The notes below the pieces were generated by a model that did not search any database, was not told the DNA's origin, and saw only the letters and a program-made list of their open reading frames with translations. Of a DNA stretch of 64,000 bases, positions 10,301 to 16,499 are shown piece after piece. Origin of the DNA: a virus. The stretch covers positions 22,413 through 86,412 of the IMG/VR virus record IMGVR_UViG_3300032242_001644. The stretch is one strand, 5' to 3'. Every line of letters begins with the position of its first letter. The first letter of the stretch is position 1. Both the position numbers and the translations under genes were made by a program.

Positions 10301-10675
10301 TGCAGCAGATTTTGCTGCAAGGTCGTTTAAGTTTACGTTAGCACGTACAACCCATGCTGAATTTGTAACACCCATCAAGCTGTAGGCAGCTTGAAGTCCG
10401 TATTCGTTTTGTTCTCCGCCGTGTACTGGGCTTCCGCTTGCTGTACGAGAAAAAGTTGGAACACCAAAAAGATCTACTAGGTCTCGTTGGCTTGTAACTT
10501 TATATGCTTTACCAGCGTTGGCTTTTAATGTGCCCTGAGCAGTACCGGTACCGCTGGCGTTTGTTTTGTCTTGCGCTGTGGCCACTATAATCAACGGAGT
10601 TGTTCCAGCTTCTGCTGGTGTATAAAAACTCTCGTCGACTACTGTAACTTGTACGCCTGGTGATGATAGTGCCAT
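7361..10675 (-). CDS. gp18: Contractile tail sheath protein (gp18-like), enlarged to 1104 aa
   Basis: N-terminal LSSPGVQVTVVDES; C-terminal PWFAPAGTRRG, YGQKT, ALDRINVARL, FEPND and IEFIYIPL. Confidence 0.95.
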   Translation of the reverse strand: MALSSPGVQVTVVDESFYTPAEAGTTPLIIVATAQDKTNASGTGTAQGTLKANAGKAYKVTSQRDLVDLFGVPTFSRTASGSPVHGGEQNEYGLQAAYSLMGVTNSAWVVRANVNLNDLAAKSAAPGSNPLNGQWWLDTTNSTYGIFEWNGAAKVDGGQSFMNEKPIVLTVDDADKLENTQDYGWAPKTSVGMSGDYAVVTYTSTPKIFYNKRIVNPSTGVISNKWVLVGDNEWTNAFPTIVGTANATVANDATCTINGTLVSNPGTTLQSLVNKINSLAITGVTALGVNGRLQLFTTGEAHNGTITLADGSPTNLLATIGMTAGTYKCPVLQMSPHTSVPPFKAASDNRPTGSVWIKTTEPNLGARWRVKRWNGTTLAWVEQSAPLLASPQAAIFELDKIGGLSIPTNTVFAQYNYTEDTGYDTTPQTASFKLFKRVNAGAATTVTSGIIGTGTLSAHGAGLQVTIRESLKGQAALSSPVTVTFGEFFGDARDANTIATAFTNSNLVNVTANVVGGRIEIKHILGGEIRIADTDDVFLDIGFIGFDGSNALTATANLYMAPAGAYAAEGDDFIASNWKPLGSDYVAAASAPLEEALDGQLWYSSMIEEVDIMVHNGTTWKGYKNIFPSTDPAGPQVAASKPTTQSDGTMLVDGDIWISTADLENYPTIYRYSGDLQKYVLLDKSDQTTEEGVLFADARWDTNGQSVHASTIKDLLISDFLDTDAPDPALYPAGMLLWNLRRSGFNVKRFARGHVDRTADNVRFNNESQAAYLTDRWVSESGTNEDGSGTFGRLAQRKAVVSALKATVDTTSDIRETELRVFNLIACPGYPELMSNLVNLNIDRKLTSFVVADTPLRLKADATTLTNWGGNAAGALDNNDKGIVTYDEYTAAFYPNGYTTDNYGNYIVVPASHMMLKTITLSDQVSYPWFAPAGTRRGGITNATAVGYIDAASGEFQQVSLNEGQRNTLYDIKVNPITFFNGVGLVNYGQKTRAKNASALDRINVARLVVYLRSQLNKLAKPYVFEPNDKITRDEIKQAAESLLLELVGLRAIYDFAVVCDETNNTKTRIDRNELYLDIAIEPVKAIEFIYIPLRLLNTGELKG

Positions 10676-10711
10676 TCGTGTATTCTCCTAATGGTTTGAA
10701 TCTTGTATAGA

Positions 10712-10784
10712 TATTTAGTACCATTTGGCAAAAACACCCCGCAAAGGAAGCCTAAAAAGGGGCGCAAAAGGTCAGCTATAAATA
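10712..10784. promoter_or_regulatory. Divergent late promoters: CTAAATA (minus, 10712-10718, sheath) and TATAAATA (plus, 10777-10784)
   Basis: Exact T4 late consensus TATAAATA 4 nt before ATG 10789; variant box upstream of the sheath RBS. Confidence 0.7.
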
Positions 10785-10788
10785 CATT

Positions 10789-11130
10789 ATGCGTCCATTA
10801 TGTCCATGTTGCCAGAAAAGTCCTCGTGCTATTAATTACTACAAGGACAAAAAGGTATTTTATAGAAAGTTCTGCGAGAGCTGCGCAAAGAACGGGGGTA
10901 AGGACAAGGGTACACCACGCTGGTATCAGCTAGGATACCGTAAGAAAGATTTTTGTGAAAAATGCGGTTTTAAAAGCAAACACTCTGAACAGTTTAACGT
11001 CTTGTTTGTAGACGGGGATCTTAACAACTGTAGGCCTATTAACTTAAAAACAGTATGCGCCAACTGTCAACGCATACTGCAAAAAGAAGGTGTTAAGTGG
11101 CGGCAGGGCGATCTATTACCAGATTTTTAA
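10789..11130 (+). CDS. Zn-binding HNH-fold protein, probably catalytically degenerate
   Basis: Four CxxC pairs. The pattern CEKCGF...DGDLNNC...NLKTVCANC matches small HNH proteins but lacks the histidines. Confidence 0.7.
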   Translation: MRPLCPCCQKSPRAINYYKDKKVFYRKFCESCAKNGGKDKGTPRWYQLGYRKKDFCEKCGFKSKHSEQFNVLFVDGDLNNCRPINLKTVCANCQRILQKEGVKWRQGDLLPDF

Positions 11131-11725
11131 CTGTGTTATACAGTGAGTCAATTGTTCTATTGTTGTCAATAATATGATCAAAGTCTGTTCCTGCCCAGGC
11201 TGTTTCACTAGCGTGTATACCTTCGTCTTTTAGCCACTGAATTGCCTTAGTATCACCCTTGTTGGCTTTACAGGCAATGTCATACCAGTGTGGTATTACA
11301 CCACGCTGTACCCATATGATTTTCCCACCTTGTGCTTTGATAGCTCGAATTTCGTTAGGAAACCGACAGTCGCTAATGACCACATGATCTTTACTGGTTC
11401 GGAGTTTGTTTTCTAGACTAGCAATCCAAATGTCATCATGGAAACCTTTACGACATACTTCTGTGCCCCAGAGTTGCAGCATTAATCGAGGAGTTAGTTC
11501 GGGCATGTTTAAACGAGATGCCCACCACGGATCTACTTGTTCACGCCACTCACGTGCTTCTTTAGTGCGACCTTCAAGTAGTGTTCTATCCCAGCCGAAC
11601 ACTGCTGCCACTGCATCTTTAAGAGTTGATGCAAAACTTTCTCTGCGGAACTCGTGGAAATTTTGTAGGTAATCTGCTACAGTATCCTTGCCGCTACCAA
11701 TAAAACCGCATACGCCTATGATCAT
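11093..11725 (-). CDS. gp1: Deoxynucleoside monophosphate kinase (T4 gp1-like)
   Basis: P-loop GFIGSGKDT, SFASTLKD, TPRLMLQLWGTEVCR, ISDCRFPNE and HASE. Confidence 0.93.
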   Translation of the reverse strand: MIIGVCGFIGSGKDTVADYLQNFHEFRRESFASTLKDAVAAVFGWDRTLLEGRTKEAREWREQVDPWWASRLNMPELTPRLMLQLWGTEVCRKGFHDDIWIASLENKLRTSKDHVVISDCRFPNEIRAIKAQGGKIIWVQRGVIPHWYDIACKANKGDTKAIQWLKDEGIHASETAWAGTDFDHIIDNNRTIDSLYNTVKNLVIDRPAAT

Positions 11726-11744
11726 AATTGTCCTCTTTAGAACA

Positions 11745-11773
11745 AGTATAATACAGTTTTATTAAAAAGTCAA
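11745..11773 (-). promoter_or_regulatory. Sigma70-type promoter for the dNMP kinase gene
   Basis: TTGACT-N17-TATACT on the minus strand, followed by a GAGG RBS and ATG 11725. Confidence 0.75.
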
Positions 11774-11779
11774 AGATTT

Positions 11780-12538
11780 TTAACCAATAATCCAGCTATA
11801 GCCAATGCCGCCGGATGCCGATGTTGCTAATTCGATTGTTAATCGATCTATGTCAGCTTGGCCTTCGGCTTTCATTGCGGCACCGTTTAGACTAGTTCCG
11901 CCCTGTGGGCCAGCAATTTGACTGAACAATTCACGAGCTTGTCCAAGCATGATTTTACAATTAGCCAGTGTATAGTCTTTAATCCACTGTCCTGAATAGG
12001 TGTCGTTGATAATTGCAGCATCTGGTTTTATATTGTAGATCCATAGTAGAATCTCTTCGTCTGAACGCGGACGTTGTTGTATTACTAGTCTCTTGTTTTG
12101 TGGATTCCAAGTAAAATTAATAAACGATCCAAACATTCTACCTACTAGTTCTTGATACTGTGCAAACAATTCGTAGGTCAACAAGCCACCCATATTTGTC
12201 GATGACAACAAATAGGTATTAGTGTAGGCTAGGTTAAACGGTTCAAATACTGTACCACCTTGTCCACCACCTGATCGTGAACCGATCGAACGTCGGAACA
12301 ACTGTCGTACCTGTTGTATTTCTTTGGGCAGTATATATTCGTTCTGATCTACTTTCAGTGTTAAGAACGCATAGCTTTCTTCCACAGCATTATCGCTACG
12401 CTGACGGAATACTGCAAGAGCACGATTAAGTGCTGTTTCATAATGTATAGGGTCTAGCTCTACATCGATCATGCCTTCACCTAGCATGGCTTTGCAGTAG
12501 TTAAACACTTCTTGTTTTGATGGATCAATTTGGCTCAT
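11780..12538 (-). CDS. gp13: Neck / head-tail adaptor protein (gp13-like)
   Basis: YCKAMLG..MIDVELD, WIKDYTLANCK..LGQAR..F..I.GPQGGTSLNG and a C-terminal WIIG. Confidence 0.85.
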   Translation of the reverse strand: MSQIDPSKQEVFNYCKAMLGEGMIDVELDPIHYETALNRALAVFRQRSDNAVEESYAFLTLKVDQNEYILPKEIQQVRQLFRRSIGSRSGGGQGGTVFEPFNLAYTNTYLLSSTNMGGLLTYELFAQYQELVGRMFGSFINFTWNPQNKRLVIQQRPRSDEEILLWIYNIKPDAAIINDTYSGQWIKDYTLANCKIMLGQARELFSQIAGPQGGTSLNGAAMKAEGQADIDRLTIELATSASGGIGYSWIIG

Positions 12539-12543
12539 GCTAG

Positions 12544-12555
12544 TATTTATAAATA
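12544..12555. promoter_or_regulatory. Palindromic bidirectional late promoter TATTTATAAATA
   Basis: Perfect 12-bp palindrome giving TATAAATA on both strands between the divergent gp13 and gp14 genes. Confidence 0.8.
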
Positions 12556-12562
12556 TATGACT

Positions 12563-13927
12563 ATGCCAAGACTCAGTTTATACAAGCCCGAAAAGGGCAA
12601 TAATTACAAATTTATCGATAAAACCGTTTGGTCAATGTTCCAAGTTGGTGGCACCGATGTGTTTGTTCACAAGTATTTAGGTTCAGGTGCGCCTGTTGCT
12701 GGTACTTCAAGTCCTACGATTCCGCAGTATGATGCATTGAATCCGTCAAATATTCAAGATTTGCTGTTCTTGGAAAATAGAGATCGTACTTACGATACAA
12801 ATATCTACCAGTTGCGTGGAGTGTACAATGTGCAAGATACTGATTTTAATCTAAGTCAATTTGGCTTATTCTTGCAAAACGACACAGTGTTTATCAGTTT
12901 TCACATTAACGATACTGTAGAAAAACTTGGTCGTAAAATTATAGCAGGCGATGTTATCGAACTGCCGCATTTGAAAGACGAATATGCTCTTAACGATCTA
13001 ACATTTACTCTAAAACGTTTCTATGTTGTTCAAGAAGTAAACAGAGCCAGCGAAGGATTTTCAGCAACTTGGTATCCACACCTATATCGTGCCAAGTGTA
13101 CACCAATGGTTGACAGTCAAGAATTTAAACAGATCCTTGATGCTGCTGCGGATACTGCAAATGATCGAGGAGTGTGGGCAGAAAATACCACTTACTATCC
13201 CGGTGATGTTGTTAAAGGTGCAGATGGACTATATTATAATGTCATTGCAGAAGTGACAAATATTTCGCCGCCTAACTCGACCTATTATACATTGGCCAAC
13301 AGTCTACGTGATATTGTCAGTACTTACAAGAAAGAACTAGCAATCACACAGGCCGTATTAAACCAAGCAGAAGCAGATGCTCCAAAGAGTGGATTTGATG
13401 TTACTAAATTCTTTACACTCGCTGTTGATTCTGCAGGACACCCAGCACTGGTCACTGCCGATGAAGATACCATTGATGCCAGTACATTTACCATTAGTGG
13501 CGTAGATGGTGAGGCAACTACTGTAGATGCGTCAACTGTGCTGCAAACACCCACTAAAGAAGGATACGATAAAACGTATCTTATTGGCGACGGAGTTGCG
13601 CCAAACGGTGCTCCGTTTACCAGCGGTACAATATTTCCATCTGGTAATCCAGTTGAAGGACAATTCTGTTTACGCACTGACTTCTTCCCTAATAGACTAT
13701 TCCGTTATTCAGGTAAGCGTTGGATCAAGTATGAAGATAATGTTAGAATGAACATGAGTAATATTGGCGCAGACGATGCTGCTGCTGGCATAACCACAGC
13801 CAACGGTATACGTCTTACACAGAAAAGTACGTTTGTTAATAATACAGCAACTGATAATATCAACGGACATATTATTAAAGAAAGACAAAGTCTTAGCAAG
13901 GCTCTTAGACCAAAGGCGGATGAATAA
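12563..13927 (+). CDS. gp14: Neck / head-closure protein (gp14-like) with insertions
   Basis: GGTDVFVHKYLG, QDLLFLENRDR, LSQFGLF, GDVIELPHL and WYPHLYR; lies between gp13 and gp15. Start placed at MPRLSLY (12563; 12557 is possible) because 12530 is upstream of the promoter. Confidence 0.75.
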   Translation: MPRLSLYKPEKGNNYKFIDKTVWSMFQVGGTDVFVHKYLGSGAPVAGTSSPTIPQYDALNPSNIQDLLFLENRDRTYDTNIYQLRGVYNVQDTDFNLSQFGLFLQNDTVFISFHINDTVEKLGRKIIAGDVIELPHLKDEYALNDLTFTLKRFYVVQEVNRASEGFSATWYPHLYRAKCTPMVDSQEFKQILDAAADTANDRGVWAENTTYYPGDVVKGADGLYYNVIAEVTNISPPNSTYYTLANSLRDIVSTYKKELAITQAVLNQAEADAPKSGFDVTKFFTLAVDSAGHPALVTADEDTIDASTFTISGVDGEATTVDASTVLQTPTKEGYDKTYLIGDGVAPNGAPFTSGTIFPSGNPVEGQFCLRTDFFPNRLFRYSGKRWIKYEDNVRMNMSNIGADDAAAGITTANGIRLTQKSTFVNNTATDNINGHIIKERQSLSKALRPKADE

Positions 13928-14454
13928 TGTATATCTATAAATTTACACATATAGAAAACGGCAAGTGCTACATTGGACAAACTATTCAAGATCCAAATCA
14001 ACGTCGTCTAGAGCATATTGCAGATAGTCGATATACTGCTAAGACATACCATTTTCATAATGCTCTACGAAAATATGGCATAGATGCATTTACATTCGAT
14101 GTAATTGATTCTGCAACATCATTAGATGATTTAAATAAATTAGAAGAAAAGTATGTATTATTATTTGATTCGATTAACAATGGATATAATATTCGAAATC
14201 CGGGCGACAATAAAACACATAATCCCGCTAGTATCGAACGTATGAGAGAATCTCAGCGTAATGCTCATGCTAGAAGAAAAACATTAGGTACAGATACGTG
14301 GACACGTAAAGACGGCGGCCCTATGAAGGGTAAGACGCAATCAACAAATACAAAAGAAAAGATGCGAATTGCGCACTTAGAAGCAACACATTGTAGAGGA
14401 AAAACATGGAAATTAATAGATGGAAAACGTGTTTGGCTGGAGGCTTCGGTTTAA
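13927..14454 (+). mobile_element. Free-standing GIY-YIG homing endonuclease (Seg-like) with NUMOD3-like C-terminal motifs
   Basis: MYIYKFT...GKCYIGQT, R.EH, LEEKY and GYN catalytic-domain motifs; HNPASIERMRES and GKTQSTNTKEKMR DNA-binding-type repeats. Confidence 0.9.
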
Positions 14455-14469
14455 CACCGTTGAAATATT

Positions 14470-16089
14470 ATTCAGTTCTTTTATGACGGTCAAATTAGAC
14501 GATATGTAACACAATTTATGCGCATCTTCATTGGGTTTAAGACTCAAGCAGGCGATGGCACACTGAGACAAATTCCAGTAATGTACGGTGACATGACCAA
14601 ACAAGTTGCCAGCATTATTAAAGAAAACAGCGAAAACAAAATGCCCAGTGTGCCTCGTATTGCCTGTTACATCACTGGTATTGAAATTGCACGTGACAGA
14701 CTAAGTGATTCAAGTTTTGTCAGCAAGTTAAACATTAGAGAACGTGCTTATACCACTGCTGCGGGCAACATTGAGTACGAAAATTATCAAGGTGGTGGCT
14801 ATACTGTTGAGCGTTTAATGCCAACTCCGTACAAGTTGACAATGAAAGCAGACATCTGGACCAGCAACACTGACCAAAAGTTACAGGTCATGGAACAGAT
14901 ACTAATGTTGTTTAATCCTAGTTTAGAAATACAAACTACGGACAACTATATTGACTGGACCAGTCTAAGTGTGGTCGATCTAACTGGGACAAATTTTACC
15001 AGTAGATCAATTCCAGTTGGGTCTGCCGACGATATTGATATTTGTTCTTTAGACTTTGAAATGCCTATTTGGATCAGTCCTCCTACCAAGGTCAAGAAAC
15101 TTGGTGTTGTTAAAAACATTATTATGAATATTTTTGGTGAGCAAGGTGATGTTAGTGACCTGTCTAATATATTGTTTAATGATCCAAATGCACAGGCCAC
15201 ATCAACTCCGGGTAATTTTGGAGTAATATTACTCAAGGCCAATAATGGTCAGCCTCATGACTATAATGTTGAAGTGTTAGATGCCAATGAAGCAGTAAGT
15301 GAAGTAGGACTTGAAGCGCCCACTAAACAAAGTTATCGTATTGATTGGCATAAGGTTCTTGAACTGTACGGCGGTTATCAGCCAGGTATCAGCCAGATAT
15401 TTTTTAGACAACCTAGCGGCAATGAACTAGGCGGAACTTTCACAGTTAATGAAATAGATCCGTCGTTTATCGTTGTTACTATTGACCCTGATACAATACC
15501 CACTAATTCGTTAGGTGCAATTACCGCAATTATTGACCCTTATAAATTTAATCCCATTGCAACATTTGGCAGTAAAGCTGATATACCGCAAGGCACACGC
15601 TACTTAATTCTTGATGATATTAACATATTAGAAGACAGGTATTGGACCACAGAAGTTCGAAGAGTAAATGCACTTACTAGCCAATTTGATCTTGCAGTTC
15701 CATTCTCATCACTGACTGCCTATCAGGTGTTTGTTGAAAAGACCGAAGTGATTTCATCGGTTGTTGAACACAACGGCAATGTTAGAGTTGTTCTTGATAC
15801 TGCGGTTCAGAATGCCAAAGTTACAATTAAAACCATGACAGGTTATGACGGCCCAGATGCTTGGAAAAATACCGATATGACTGACACGGTGGTTGCTGCT
15901 AATTCTGTAATTGAATGGAATGGTGCCAAATGGGATGTGGTGTTTGTTCCAGGCCCAGTGGTTAATCCAATCTATACTACAAATGCAAAAACTGGTATAC
16001 AGTACAAATGGGATGGAGAGCAATGGGTCAAGAGTTTCGAAGGCGAATATGCCAGCGGATACTGGCGATTCGTTCTTGACCCAGTATAA
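14470..16089 (+). CDS. gp15: Tail terminator / sheath stabilizer (gp15-like) with C-terminal extension; start codon uncertain (ATT 14470 or ATG 14518)
   Basis: QFFYDGQIRRYVTQF, IPVMYG, VPRIA, MPTPYKL and QVMEQILMLFNP are gp15-type motifs. The frame is open only back to TGA at 14461. Confidence 0.8.
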   Translation: MQFFYDGQIRRYVTQFMRIFIGFKTQAGDGTLRQIPVMYGDMTKQVASIIKENSENKMPSVPRIACYITGIEIARDRLSDSSFVSKLNIRERAYTTAAGNIEYENYQGGGYTVERLMPTPYKLTMKADIWTSNTDQKLQVMEQILMLFNPSLEIQTTDNYIDWTSLSVVDLTGTNFTSRSIPVGSADDIDICSLDFEMPIWISPPTKVKKLGVVKNIIMNIFGEQGDVSDLSNILFNDPNAQATSTPGNFGVILLKANNGQPHDYNVEVLDANEAVSEVGLEAPTKQSYRIDWHKVLELYGGYQPGISQIFFRQPSGNELGGTFTVNEIDPSFIVVTIDPDTIPTNSLGAITAIIDPYKFNPIATFGSKADIPQGTRYLILDDINILEDRYWTTEVRRVNALTSQFDLAVPFSSLTAYQVFVEKTEVISSVVEHNGNVRVVLDTAVQNAKVTIKTMTGYDGPDAWKNTDMTDTVVAANSVIEWNGAKWDVVFVPGPVVNPIYTTNAKTGIQYKWDGEQWVKSFEGEYASGYWRFVLDPV

Positions 16090-16499
16090 TGCATAAAGAG
16101 ATAGATACTAGTATGCAAAAACATGCTGGTATCTTATTCTTATCTAAACAAACCTCCAAGGTCCTGATCATCCTTGAGGACACAAAATGGACAGTGCCCA
16201 CATTCACACGCACAGATGTGGTGTTACAGGATGCTGCTCCTATAATTGAACTCTACTACAACAAACCTGCTAAGTTAATTCCTTTAGAATTATATGTCAG
16301 CAGTGACAGCGGTTTTGAATTTTCCACCTACGTGTGTCTTGTAGATAGTGAGTTCACAATAGAAAAATGCCCAACATATTGCTGGGCAAGTTTTGATCAA
16401 TTACCTAAGAATCTTCACACTGGCTTAAAAACCACATTGACCAACAAGGTTATTAACGATAAAATTAATACCATGTTGGTCGTAGCCAAACAACTTTAA
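16089..16499 (+). CDS. Nudix-fold-like hypothetical protein lacking the Nudix box
   Basis: AGILFLS...KVLII...W and YCW..FDQLPKNLH.GL flanking motifs, but no GX5EX7REUXEE. The start may be ATG 16113. Confidence 0.5.
   Translation: MHKEIDTSMQKHAGILFLSKQTSKVLIILEDTKWTVPTFTRTDVVLQDAAPIIELYYNKPAKLIPLELYVSSDSGFEFSTYVCLVDSEFTIEKCPTYCWASFDQLPKNLHTGLKTTLTNKVINDKINTMLVVAKQL

Noticed and set aside
12530-12556. ORF-track start of gp14 at 12530
   Set aside because: It overlaps the gp13 start and lies upstream of the late promoter; 12557 or 12563 fits better.
13927-14472. Group I intron around the GIY-YIG gene
   Set aside because: Only about 18 non-coding nt flank the ORF, and no P3-P9 core is visible.
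14460-14486. TTG at 14460 as the gp15 start
   Set aside because: It is out of frame with gp15 and reaches TGA after eight codons; it would need an unsupported frameshift.
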